Assembly (NCBI GenBank): GCA_965216315.1
Contig: CBDCFN010000016.1
Coordinates: 1,056,001 to 1,120,000 of the forward strand
DNA: 64,000 bases
Direction: 5' to 3'
Source of the DNA: a bacterium
GTDB lineage: Bacteria > UBA10199 > 2-02-FULL-50-16 > JAJFLM01
Below the pieces are notes generated by a model. That model was not told the origin of the DNA. It saw nothing but the letters and a program-made list of their open reading frames with translations, and did no database searches. The stretch's first letter is position 1; each line of letters starts with the position of its first letter. Shown here piece by piece: positions 9,460 through 18,912 of the stretch. Position numbers and translations under genes: made by a program.

Positions 9460-10974
9460 CTATTTAACGAGAAATGACTTCTTCGCTTCTCCAATCATGT
9501 TGCCGAAGCGGTCACGGATGTGGATCTTGACCTGGTACTGGCCGGTGGCAATTCGCAACGGAAGTAAAAAACTACTGCTCAGTTGCTGGGTACCGGATTC
9601 ATTGAGTGGGAATCGCTTGTTGATAACATTGAGGAGGTCAATAAGGGTTTCATCGTTGGGATCAGTGACCAGGATATCTTGCTGAAGCCAGGCTTCGTTC
9701 TGCTGCGTAATGTATCCCGATACCTCGGCCGTGAGGTAAACGATTTCTCCGGGTGTATATAAAGGTTCGTCGGCTAAGGCGGGGGCTTTGGCCTGGCCAA
9801 AGGTGAATGACGCGACTTTGAGGCGCATTCCCAGATAATATTTCATTTGGCTCGGAAGATCGGGAAGTGTCCAGGGCCCAATTTTAAGGACGCGTTCATT
9901 TCTAATAAAACTATCCTGGTTATGGAGCCCATAATATCCCAGGCCACTAATCATCGCTATCATCATTATCAAGGCAAGAAAGCGCCGTAACGACCAGCCC
10001 ATGCGGATGACAGTCGTTCGGGCCGCGATGTCACCCGGTCTTTGCTTGCATGAGGCGAGCATGGCGCATAAATAGCCCAGCGGATTGTGATCGAGGACTC
10101 TGAACAGATTGCGGAGCAGGGAGCCTGAAACGCCGACGGGTCGAAAATCTTCGCTCACCACGCGAAGCCCGAAAAAAAGTTTCGCGGGAGTTCCTCCGGC
10201 AATGGTTTCACAAAGTATCCAGTAGGCCACAAAGAGTACGGGCCCGGCCAGCAGGAGTTCATTGGTTATGGTCGGACGACTGACGGGTAAAGATAAGAGG
10301 AAAAATAAGCTAGTGACGGCAAAAATAGCCATGTCGATGAATACGGCGATGGTCCGACGGGTCACACTTCCCCATTCAACATCTTTGGCCTGAGTAACGG
10401 CATGGCCTTTGGTGCGGGTTTGTCTTACCGTCGTGCCACCGAGCCAATCACCGAGGCGTTGCCGTCTTTCACTGCCTTCGGCAACACCGAACCCCGCGAT
10501 TGGAAACAAGGCTATATCGATGAAACGAACAATATTTCTGAGTACGACGCCCAAGAGCGAAGGAGGGCCCCCTAAGCGATGCGTTACGCTGAGACCGCAC
10601 ATGAATTTTCCAGGCGTGCGTCCGAGTACGCCCTCAAAGAGGAAAAAATAGGCGAAAATAACGGCTGCGATGCTGCCGAGTAAAGGGAGGCTTTTTAATG
10701 TCGTCCAATCGCTTATATCGATGGCGGGTAGCCGCAATCTCGTCCCGAATAGCCGATAGCCGACGACGAGCAGATAGCCGATGACGGTCGAGTCGATCAG
10801 TAAGGCCGCAAACCGGGCTGAAAACGAGGCATAAGGTTCTTCAACCGGAACTTCCTCAAGCGGTCGGTACTGGGTTTCGGTCCCGCTGTAGTCGCCGGCA
10901 TAGTCATCCGGCGATTTGGGGGGAATTCGCTCCAATTCAGTCGAATCGAGGTCTGCTGATTCGGCTTGGTTCAT
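9460..10974 (-). CDS. Membrane protein with two RDD domains and a C-terminal beta-rich domain
   Basis: Two RDD units: RFAALLID..GRTPGK..QRLGD and RRTIAVFID..GTPAK..QRPGD. Confidence 0.85.
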   Translation of the reverse strand: MNQAESADLDSTELERIPPKSPDDYAGDYSGTETQYRPLEEVPVEEPYASFSARFAALLIDSTVIGYLLVVGYRLFGTRLRLPAIDISDWTTLKSLPLLGSIAAVIFAYFFLFEGVLGRTPGKFMCGLSVTHRLGGPPSLLGVVLRNIVRFIDIALFPIAGFGVAEGSERRQRLGDWLGGTTVRQTRTKGHAVTQAKDVEWGSVTRRTIAVFIDMAIFAVTSLFFLLSLPVSRPTITNELLLAGPVLFVAYWILCETIAGGTPAKLFFGLRVVSEDFRPVGVSGSLLRNLFRVLDHNPLGYLCAMLASCKQRPGDIAARTTVIRMGWSLRRFLALIMMIAMISGLGYYGLHNQDSFIRNERVLKIGPWTLPDLPSQMKYYLGMRLKVASFTFGQAKAPALADEPLYTPGEIVYLTAEVSGYITQQNEAWLQQDILVTDPNDETLIDLLNVINKRFPLNESGTQQLSSSFLLPLRIATGQYQVKIHIRDRFGNMIGEAKKSFLVK

Positions 10975-11714
10975 GAGTTATTTCCTCTCAGTTCTTCAGG
11001 CACGTCAGTGATAATACCATCGACTCCGGCCCGCGTCAGCTCAAGATAAATGGCCGGGTCATTGACCGTCCAGACGTAAATAGCGTAGCCCTCAGCGCGC
11101 CAAGCCTCAATTCGATCCCGAGTGGCCAATTTGAATGGCGGATGGATCGAATGAAGATGCAACCATTTCGATGACCATCCGGGCTTGCCAATCCGGTATT
11201 GAGTCGGATGGATTAGAAAACCCGTTTTAATGGATGATGTCAATTTTTGCAATCGTAGCAGGGGCAGGTGGTAAAAGGACGAGACGAGGACCTGCTCCAT
11301 CATGTCGCGCTGCATGAGGGGCTGTAACAGCGCTGAGTCGAGATAATCCGCTTTCCAATTGGATCCCTTGATTTCGATATTCAGCATTAATTTATGGCGG
11401 GTGAGATCGAGTAGTTCTGATAAAAAAATGGGGCGACCCGTTAGCGGGAGGCCTCCATTAGGGTTTTCGGTATGAAACTGCATGTCGCCTATTTGAGCCG
11501 CGGTTAGACTTGAGACTTTAAGTTTTTTGCCGGTGAGCCTGGCGACGCTTTCATCATGAAAGCAGACGAGCTGCCCGTCTTTGGTGCGCCTCAGGTCAAT
11601 TTCGACGCCTTCCAGTCCTAAGGTGACCGCCTTTTCAATCGCCTCAAAGGAATTTTCAGGGGCATAGGCTGTGGCCCCTCGATGGGCTATGATGAGAGGG
11701 GTTGAGCGTGTCAT
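10971..11714 (-). CDS. Glycerophosphodiester phosphodiesterase
   Basis: IAHRGA, PENS, EIDL, FHD, NIEIK, WTVND and GIITD motifs. ATG 11714 overlaps the upstream stop (ATGA). Confidence 0.93.
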   Translation of the reverse strand: MTRSTPLIIAHRGATAYAPENSFEAIEKAVTLGLEGVEIDLRRTKDGQLVCFHDESVARLTGKKLKVSSLTAAQIGDMQFHTENPNGGLPLTGRPIFLSELLDLTRHKLMLNIEIKGSNWKADYLDSALLQPLMQRDMMEQVLVSSFYHLPLLRLQKLTSSIKTGFLIHPTQYRIGKPGWSSKWLHLHSIHPPFKLATRDRIEAWRAEGYAIYVWTVNDPAIYLELTRAGVDGIITDVPEELRGNNS

Positions 11715-14700
11715 GAAGGAAGCCACCGATAGACCGAGCCTGGAGAAACACCGAGCATTCGGGCGGCATGGTAGGGTCGTTCATCAGAAAGTCTAAAGGC
11801 CAGGGCAAACACTTCTTTTTTGATATCATCAAGCTTCGTTTCATTTTCATAGCTAAATGAAAATCGCTCGTATTCCTGACGTCGACGTTTAAATTTCTCC
11901 TTGCGGAGCCGGTTGTAAAGTGTGGCCTGCCCAACGCCTAACGAGTGGGCCGTGGAGACGACATCAAAATCAAAATGCATCAAAGCTTTCGCCATTATGA
12001 TGGATTCAATATCTTTCCAATGCATTTGTTGTTGCAGCAGGTCCTCAAAAAATGACGGACTGGGTGATTCCGAAGCGCGTGGGGCTGACATCTCGCTAAA
12101 CGGGAACTGCGGTTTGAGCGCCTTGCGATCGGCCTCAGGCAGATCGGCTAATTCGATAGTTTTTCCGTCGGAGAGGGCGCAGGCGACGCGAATACGGTTT
12201 GAAAGCTCGCGAACATTTCCCGGCCATCGATAGTTGATAAAAACTTTCATTAAATCTTGCGAGATGCGTGGTGCTTTTTTGAGATTTTGTTCTTTCATAT
12301 AGTTTTTGATGAAGTGCTGTGCCAGCAGGGGAATGTCATCCTTGCGCTCACGTAACGGAGGCAAATCCAATTGGATCTCTGCGAGTCGATAGAAAAGATC
12401 TTCCCGGAATTCCCCGCTTGCAATTCGTGATTTTAGATCTTGATGGGTTGCACTGACAACGCGTACATTTATTGGGATTGTTTGGGTGTCGCCCAAGCGG
12501 ACAATTTCTCTTTCTTGTAAGGTACGCAATAATTTTACTTGCAGACTTGTATCGAGCTCACCAATTTCATCAAGAAAAATAGTTCCACCGTCGGCTTCTT
12601 CGAGCAGACCTTTTTTGTCACGATTCGCTCCGGTAAAAGCCCCCGCTTTGTAGCCGAATAATTCTGATTCAATGAGGTTGGCCGGGAGTGCGCCGCAATT
12701 GATCGCAATAAACTTTTTTTTGCAACGTGGGCTGTTCTGGTGGAGGGCTCTTGCAATAAGTTCTTTGCCGGTTCCGGACTCACCATGAATCAGCACGGAA
12801 AGATCCGTGGCCGTAATACGATCTAAGAGGTGAAAGACTTTTTCCATCGCGGCACTTTGAGCAATGATCTCGGAGTAGGGGTAGCGTGTCTCGAGGCTTT
12901 TTTCGCGTATAAGTGCTTCGTATCCTTCGATCTTGTCTTCAGCATCGTGTAATTGGCCGGCTAGGAGGCGATTTTGTTCTTCAATTCGATTAATAAGGCG
13001 TGCATTCTCGATCGCCAAGCCCGCTTGATCTGCAAAAGCTTGTACAATGCGCTCCAGCGAATCATCAAAGAGTGAGGTTTGGAAGCGATGTATCAGGTAG
13101 AGGACGCCAATAACCTTGCCCTGGGAGCGAATCGGGACGCAGAATATCGATTTAAGCCCCAACAACATCACGGATCGATATTCTTTAAAGTTTTCGTCCT
13201 CCATCGCGTTGTCTGAACGAAGGGCACGGCCCTCGCGAAGAGTCTGCTTGGCAACATGCTGACTGATTTGAGAAAGGTCTTCGTCGACATCGATGTTTTG
13301 AGATGTTGCGACTGAAAGCTCTCCTTCTGTATTGACGAGCAGAATAAGTCCACTTTCCGCTTTCGATAACTTCAGGGCATATTTGAGAACCAGCGAAAGT
13401 AGGGCGGGCAAATTCCGCTCGGTATTGAGGAATTGGTTAATTTCAAGCACTGCTTCCAACCAATGAAGCGGCTCCTTATCTAGATTGATTTGAGAAACTG
13501 TGGGAGCATCGATTTTCGCAGACTGATCAACTTTTGGTGCGACGGCTTTAAGCTGCGATGATTTAGATCGTGCCGAGGTCGGGTCGAGCGGAGATCGCTT
13601 GCGCAAAAATTCAACCCTCTCTTGTTGTTCCTTCGTTGTCGCGTGATGGAGCAGGTCAGGGTAGAGACTGCTAAAATCCTCATAGTTTTCTTGATCGAGT
13701 GCTAACAGACTCAAGGCTTGGTAGATATAAAAAAGAAAGCCTTCTAATGACTTTTCATTTGTAATGAGGTGGCGTACTTCCGTCAGGAGGTCACGAGCCT
13801 TATCGTATTCATGTTGCTCCCGGGAGATTTCGCCAAGTTCCAGCATGGCCCGCGCTTTCAGTGAAAGTGCATGCGGCGTACCTTCATTGGCCTGTTTCAG
13901 TAGCTTCAATGATAATTCAAGATTTTCCCGTGCGGGAGCAGTGCGACCCAACTCTTTCTCAATGACCCCGATATTTTGCGCAACGGCCGCTGCGGCTAAA
14001 TAATCTTTGAGGTAACGGGCTAAATCGAGGGCGCGATTATAGTGATCAATCGTATCATTGGGTTTATTAAGTTGATTGAAAGCGTTGCCAAGCCCGTTAT
14101 AGGCCCGCAGCAATAAATCCCATTTCCGCAGTTGGCGTGCCCCGGCGGCCGACTCTCTATAATGATGGATCGCATCTTTCCGGTTGGCGTTTTGCAGGTA
14201 ACATTCCCCCAGCAGGTAATGAGTGCGGATTTTGTAGGAAAGATCTCCTAGTCCTTCATGGAAGGCTAAGTACTCTTCAAGTATTTTAATGGCTTCTTCG
14301 TATTGGCCTTTTTGCATCAAGGTAACGCCAAAGTCATTGTTGACGACGAGGGACTTTTCCTCGGCAGATAATTGCTGCCACTGATGATGAGTGTCTCGAA
14401 ATATCTCGATAGCTTGGTCGATATGACCGGATTGATTGAGGGCGTAGGCCTGAAAGTTAAGCAAGCGTAATTGGAGAGGGCGGTCCAATTCTTCCATCTC
14501 TTCCAAGAGAACTTTGGCGGCTTCGATATCACGGCCCGCTTCGCCTAATTTGCCTTCCTGAATACACAGCCAGGCCTTTCGTTCCAGTAGCTCAGCACGC
14601 AATTTGAGGCGGATCTCACTCCCTTTCACCTTCTTGGAGAGCTGGTCCGCTTCTTTGAGTAAATCATCAATGCCCTCATGCTGATTCATTCGAAGTTGAT

Positions 14701-16246
14701 CCCTAACTTTAGTGAGCAAGAGGGTTGTGCGGGCTTGAGGTCGATTTTTCCCAACTTCCGAGAGTAGGTCATCGACGAGTTGTTCAGAGCCCTGCAATGC
14801 CTGAATATCAACAACTCCTTCGCGGAAAAGAGCGAGATTCCAGCGGCCATGATCATCGATTAGTTTGTTGGTCTCACAGAGTGCGCGTAGAAGATTGACC
14901 GTATGGCCCGTATGGCCCGCTGTTTCTTGATGAATAGCCTCAACCAGTGCCTGTGGAGGATTGTCATCATTAGATGACCAAATGATCAGTTGTCGAATGT
15001 CATCTGCAGTTAAGCCGAGGAGGGTACAGCTTTGACTCGCAATTTTTTCCTTTCGGATGAGTTGCTCGACTTTTCTAAAGCTATCAGGAGAAAGTGCCAT
15101 CAGCAGTCCGCGTGCATTTTTACTCAGGCGTTTTAGAAGTTTACTCATGCCTTCTTTGTCATAGCTGGGTAGATCTAAGATAAATGTGACATCTTTGGTG
15201 TTTCCGCTCAGGGTAAGGTCACTCAGCACGCGGACGGAGTGACCTTGTAGCTCCAGTTCATATTTCATTTCTTGAAGCAGGCGTGATTTGCCGAGCCCGG
15301 ATTCCCCTGTAATGATAAAGACCGAGAACTCTTCCAATCCTTCAGCCCATTTACGGATATTTTCAATGCTATCACTTCTTCCGACCCAGCGCTCTGATAC
15401 GATCGGTGCTTTACGTCGTTGCGCTGAGACGCTTCCACGTTCCGTCGATAGCTCGGTCAGGACATCACGTGCACTGGCAAAGCGGTCCCTGGGGTTTTTG
15501 GCCAGGAGTCGAAACAAGATTCTATTAAGGTACGGAGGTATTTGGGGGTTCAAAGATCCCGGAGCCGCTGGCATCAGCGAAGTTTGGGCCTTGAGTCGCT
15601 CGGCCATGGATTCTCGGCGAAAAGGGTTTGTTCCCGTCAGGCATTCATAAAAGGTAACGGCAAGTGAATAGAGATCTGATTTGGCATCAATGACGTCGCG
15701 GAGGACTTTTTCAGGTGCCATATAAGAAGGAGTTCCTGCAGTGGCTTGAAAGCGTGGGTGTGCGACGCCGAGATCGAGAATTTTGACTTGTGCGCCTTCA
15801 CCAGTTGTGCAGATGAATATATTGGAAGGTTTGATGTCTCCGTGGAGGGCATTGGCCTGATGAATGGCGTCAAGCCCCTCAAGGCACTGAACAAAAAGTT
15901 CTTCGGCTTTGACCGGATCGTGATCCTCAAGGAACTGATCCAGCGGCACACCATCGACGAGTTCTTGCGTAAAGTAGAGCCGGTTAAGGTCGCGATCCCA
16001 GCCGAAATCCCCAATTCCAACGACGTGTTCGTGCTGAATATCTTTTAAGAGAGAGAACTCAAATTTAAAGGCTTCAATGAGGCTCTCTTGGTCTTTGGGG
16101 TCCGTTGCCAGCTTCAATAGCTTGAGGGCCCAATCTTCCTTGCCGCGTTTGACATGGTAAACCTCGCCACTCATGCCTTCACCGAGCGGGCTGACGACCG
16201 TATAGTTGTGGTCAATCGTCTTGGGGTTTGATTCTCGTTTTGTCAT
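11711..16246 (-). CDS. Ser/Thr kinase-NTPase-TPR-GAF-sigma54 enhancer-binding protein with tandem HTH
   Basis: Kinase motifs LGEGMSG, HGDIKPSN, DLG and APE. P-loop GESGLGKS, TPR helices and a GAF domain follow. The AAA+ domain has GESGTGKE, GAFTGA, FLDEIGE and WPGNVREL. Two Fis-like HTHs close the protein. Confidence 0.92.
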   Translation of the reverse strand: MTKRESNPKTIDHNYTVVSPLGEGMSGEVYHVKRGKEDWALKLLKLATDPKDQESLIEAFKFEFSLLKDIQHEHVVGIGDFGWDRDLNRLYFTQELVDGVPLDQFLEDHDPVKAEELFVQCLEGLDAIHQANALHGDIKPSNIFICTTGEGAQVKILDLGVAHPRFQATAGTPSYMAPEKVLRDVIDAKSDLYSLAVTFYECLTGTNPFRRESMAERLKAQTSLMPAAPGSLNPQIPPYLNRILFRLLAKNPRDRFASARDVLTELSTERGSVSAQRRKAPIVSERWVGRSDSIENIRKWAEGLEEFSVFIITGESGLGKSRLLQEMKYELELQGHSVRVLSDLTLSGNTKDVTFILDLPSYDKEGMSKLLKRLSKNARGLLMALSPDSFRKVEQLIRKEKIASQSCTLLGLTADDIRQLIIWSSNDDNPPQALVEAIHQETAGHTGHTVNLLRALCETNKLIDDHGRWNLALFREGVVDIQALQGSEQLVDDLLSEVGKNRPQARTTLLLTKVRDQLRMNQHEGIDDLLKEADQLSKKVKGSEIRLKLRAELLERKAWLCIQEGKLGEAGRDIEAAKVLLEEMEELDRPLQLRLLNFQAYALNQSGHIDQAIEIFRDTHHQWQQLSAEEKSLVVNNDFGVTLMQKGQYEEAIKILEEYLAFHEGLGDLSYKIRTHYLLGECYLQNANRKDAIHHYRESAAGARQLRKWDLLLRAYNGLGNAFNQLNKPNDTIDHYNRALDLARYLKDYLAAAAVAQNIGVIEKELGRTAPARENLELSLKLLKQANEGTPHALSLKARAMLELGEISREQHEYDKARDLLTEVRHLITNEKSLEGFLFYIYQALSLLALDQENYEDFSSLYPDLLHHATTKEQQERVEFLRKRSPLDPTSARSKSSQLKAVAPKVDQSAKIDAPTVSQINLDKEPLHWLEAVLEINQFLNTERNLPALLSLVLKYALKLSKAESGLILLVNTEGELSVATSQNIDVDEDLSQISQHVAKQTLREGRALRSDNAMEDENFKEYRSVMLLGLKSIFCVPIRSQGKVIGVLYLIHRFQTSLFDDSLERIVQAFADQAGLAIENARLINRIEEQNRLLAGQLHDAEDKIEGYEALIREKSLETRYPYSEIIAQSAAMEKVFHLLDRITATDLSVLIHGESGTGKELIARALHQNSPRCKKKFIAINCGALPANLIESELFGYKAGAFTGANRDKKGLLEEADGGTIFLDEIGELDTSLQVKLLRTLQEREIVRLGDTQTIPINVRVVSATHQDLKSRIASGEFREDLFYRLAEIQLDLPPLRERKDDIPLLAQHFIKNYMKEQNLKKAPRISQDLMKVFINYRWPGNVRELSNRIRVACALSDGKTIELADLPEADRKALKPQFPFSEMSAPRASESPSPSFFEDLLQQQMHWKDIESIIMAKALMHFDFDVVSTAHSLGVGQATLYNRLRKEKFKRRRQEYERFSFSYENETKLDDIKKEVFALAFRLSDERPYHAARMLGVSPGSVYRWLPS

Positions 16247-16308
16247 GCGCCTGCTGGAATTCTACCTTTTGAATACTTTAGAGATCAATCGGATAATTAT
16301 ACATTAAT

Positions 16309-16321
16309 AATCAAGCATTTA
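16309..16321 (+). promoter_or_regulatory. IHF binding site
   Basis: AATCAAGCATTTA matches WATCAANNNNTTR exactly. Confidence 0.55.
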
Positions 16322-16430
16322 ATACAATTAGCATGCCTAATACCAATAATTGGCAGGATTCTAAAATATTCATTCAATAATGAGAGATCGATGTCGGGCT
16401 ATTATGCAGCCTCTCTAATAATATTAATAA

Positions 16431-16443
16431 TATCAATATGTTA
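16431..16443 (+). promoter_or_regulatory. IHF binding site
   Basis: TATCAATATGTTA matches WATCAANNNNTTR, about 20 nt upstream of the sigma54 -24 box. Confidence 0.7.
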
Positions 16444-16461
16444 AGCTACTTTGGCATCAGC

Positions 16462-16478
16462 TTGGCACAGACCTTGCT
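16462..16478 (+). promoter_or_regulatory. Sigma54 (-24/-12) promoter
   Basis: TTGGCACAGACCTTGCT, i.e. TGGCAC-N5-TTGCT with GG-N10-GC spacing. Confidence 0.88.
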
Positions 16479-16539
16479 CTATGTAGGGGTGAGAGCAAAG
16501 AGCGCCACCGATTATTTCTTCGACGAGTAAGCACCCATC

Positions 16540-16578
16540 GTGATGTGCGGGGATCTCTGCCGGGATCCCTGCCATCAC
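16540..16578 (+). other. 5' UTR stem-loop
   Basis: GTGATG-T-GCGGGGATCTC-TGCC-GGGATCCCTGC-CATCAC forms a 17-bp stem with one bulge and two G-U pairs. Confidence 0.6.
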
Positions 16579-16621
16579 ACTCTTTGCCGTGTGTCATTAA
16601 CCTAATGAAGGAGCGTATGAG

Positions 16622-16915
16622 ATGAAAACAATTATCAACTTACTACTGTTAGTCGCTGTAGCCCATGTGTCTGTCGGATGTGCTTCCATGCCCGACCAGC
16701 TTGAAAATAGCAATGTCGAGGCGACGGCGGATGCGGTTACTGCCGCGATCGAAAACTGCATGGCCGAAGGAAAGACTGAGGAAGAATGTCAGGCAGAACT
16801 CTTCAATACTGCAGAAGAGGAAGCTCAAGAAGAGTACGGCAATGACGATGCAGATGGTTATGAAGTGCCTGTTGATGAAGACGGTGAATTCTCTGATGAA
16901 GAGTTAGGTGAGTAA
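16622..16915 (+). CDS. Small acidic lipoprotein
   Basis: AAGGAG SD; signal peptide ending in VSVG-C; Glu/Asp-rich mature part with a Cys pair (ENC..EECQ). Confidence 0.75.
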   Translation: MKTIINLLLLVAVAHVSVGCASMPDQLENSNVEATADAVTAAIENCMAEGKTEEECQAELFNTAEEEAQEEYGNDDADGYEVPVDEDGEFSDEELGE

Positions 16916-16931
16916 CAAGTAAGCCTCCCAT

Positions 16932-16979
16932 AACGGTTGGTGGGGGCGCCTTAGGGAGCCCCTGCCGACCGTTTCTTTT
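16932..16979 (+). terminator. Intrinsic terminator or attenuating hairpin
   Basis: AACGGTTGGTGGGGGC..GCCCCTGCCGACCGTT stem followed by TCTTTT. Confidence 0.65.
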
Positions 16980-17019
16980 GAGATGAGTGCAGATTAATTT
17001 TTTAAACATGGAGAGCGTC

Positions 17020-18471
17020 ATGAAGAGAAGATTAAGTGCAATGTTGATGTTTGGTATGTTGAGTATGACCGTTGCTTGTTCAAGCAGTATTCCAAATGAG
17101 CTGAATAATGATTCTGCTACGACCAATGATAGCGGCCAGGCAGAAAACGAAAATCCCATTTTCTCAGGCGCGGAAGGGACTAATGAAGAAGAAGCGAACG
17201 AAGAAGAACAGCTTGCATTATGGCCGTTACAGATAGGCGAGAGTTCTGAAGACTTCGGGCAAGAGGTTGTCGTTGATGATGAAGGGAATGTCTACGTCGT
17301 GGGATTTACTAACGGCAATCTCGATCCTGAGCGGCCGCGGCAGACTCTGCCGGGTAATATCAATCATGATATCCTGATCATTAAATTCGATTCTGACGGC
17401 CATGAGTTGTGGCGTCGTCAGACGGGTGGTCGCGGTGATGACTTGGCCACCTCCGCGTCTTTGGATGAAGAAGGCAATTTATACATTGCCGGCACGACGA
17501 GTGACGAATTTGAGGGACGTCCATTCCGTGGTGGTCGGGTGGACCTATTTGTTCAGAAATATTCCCCGGCGGGCGAACTCCTTTGGACCTCGGGCCTGAA
17601 TACGACAGCGACGGATGAATTGGTTGCCATCGAACATTTTAAGGAGTCACTCATTGTACTGGCCAGATCCTTAAGCGATATTACGTTGATTCGGATGAAT
17701 GAGAGCGACGGGCGTTATGATTCGCGCGTCGACCTATTCGAAGACACGGGTTCAAGTGCCGCGGATACAATAACAAATTTGACCATCGATCAGGCGAATG
17801 GAGAAATTTATATCGTCGGTTGGACCCCGGGGGAATTGCCCTGGTATGTGGATGGCCGGGCGCAAGATCTCAATGGTCGTGCCCGTTATTGGCAAAATGT
17901 TAGTGGTGAAGACGCCTTTGTGATGCGCATTGACCCCGATTTTTTCATACTTGATACAGTCACTGTTCCCACGACCAAAACATCTCGACTCTACGACGTC
18001 GCCCTTGACGATGATCGTAATCTTTATGTGGTCGGCGAGACAACAGATGACGGTCTTAATGATCCGGCGAATACGCGTCCGGCGGTTAATAGACATGGTT
18101 TTATCCTAAAGCTCAACGAAAGGTTCGGACGTGAGTGGTTGAGACAGCCGAGCCGGAATCTCTATGAGTTATCCTATCGGGTTGATTTAGCGCCGAATGG
18201 TGACGTCATCGTTGCCGGGTATGAGAGCGATCCTCTCAACAGCGATGTTTCGCTGACACGTTTCGACAGTGAAACGGGGCTGGAAATATTCAATCGTCCC
18301 TTCGGGTCTCCGGTACTCGATAATATTCGTGACCTAGCGATCGATCCAGACGGCAATGTATTCCTTCTCGGTGTGACGCAAGGAACTGTCGTTGAGAACG
18401 GACGTGCCGATACGGCAGCGGACTATGATTGGTTTCTGCTACGCATCGATGAAAATGCGGATCTTATCTAG
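17020..18471 (+). CDS. SBBP-repeat beta-propeller lipoprotein
   Basis: Lipobox TVA-C. Repeats DDEGNVYVVGFT, DEEGNLYIAGTT, DDDRNLYVVGET and DPDGNVFLLGVT. GGAG SD before ATG 17020. Confidence 0.85.
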   Translation: MKRRLSAMLMFGMLSMTVACSSSIPNELNNDSATTNDSGQAENENPIFSGAEGTNEEEANEEEQLALWPLQIGESSEDFGQEVVVDDEGNVYVVGFTNGNLDPERPRQTLPGNINHDILIIKFDSDGHELWRRQTGGRGDDLATSASLDEEGNLYIAGTTSDEFEGRPFRGGRVDLFVQKYSPAGELLWTSGLNTTATDELVAIEHFKESLIVLARSLSDITLIRMNESDGRYDSRVDLFEDTGSSAADTITNLTIDQANGEIYIVGWTPGELPWYVDGRAQDLNGRARYWQNVSGEDAFVMRIDPDFFILDTVTVPTTKTSRLYDVALDDDRNLYVVGETTDDGLNDPANTRPAVNRHGFILKLNERFGREWLRQPSRNLYELSYRVDLAPNGDVIVAGYESDPLNSDVSLTRFDSETGLEIFNRPFGSPVLDNIRDLAIDPDGNVFLLGVTQGTVVENGRADTAADYDWFLLRIDENADLI

Positions 18472-18494
18472 GTTCAAGTGAGGAGGAAGCAGTT

Positions 18495-18866
18495 ATGTTG
18501 TTAGCAAAGGTTATCCTGAAAATTGTCGGTATTGCAGTTCTGTGTCTCTCCGGCGTGAAAATTGCGGCTGCCCAGGTACCCTACATCGATGGGCAGATTG
18601 GTGGGCATGTTAACACTGTTGAAGCCGCTGGTGACATTGTTTTTGTAACTTATGACGGTGCGCTTCAAATCATTGACTGCATAGAATTAGCGAAACCAAC
18701 TCTACTCGGCACGTGGACAACGCTTGGTGGCGCCAATGCGAATGGGGGAGGCTGCGGTTGTAGTGTCCAAGCCGCTCAGCCCAACGCTCAGTGGCAAGAA
18801 GCCATTATAATTGGCTTAGTTATGCTTTTTATGTTAGGTATTCGGTTACGCAGTTCGGGAGAGTAA
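18495..18866 (+). CDS. Small secreted protein with a single LVIVD-like repeat and a MYXO-CTERM-like tail
   Basis: GAGGAGG SD; signal peptide; LQIIDCIELAKPTLLG; tail GGGCGC, TM helix, then GIRLR. Confidence 0.7.
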   Translation: MLLAKVILKIVGIAVLCLSGVKIAAAQVPYIDGQIGGHVNTVEAAGDIVFVTYDGALQIIDCIELAKPTLLGTWTTLGGANANGGGCGCSVQAAQPNAQWQEAIIIGLVMLFMLGIRLRSSGE

Positions 18867-18912
18867 TGAGGACTTGTCAGCTTTGATGCTTTAAGCTTAG
18901 AAAGGGAAGCTC

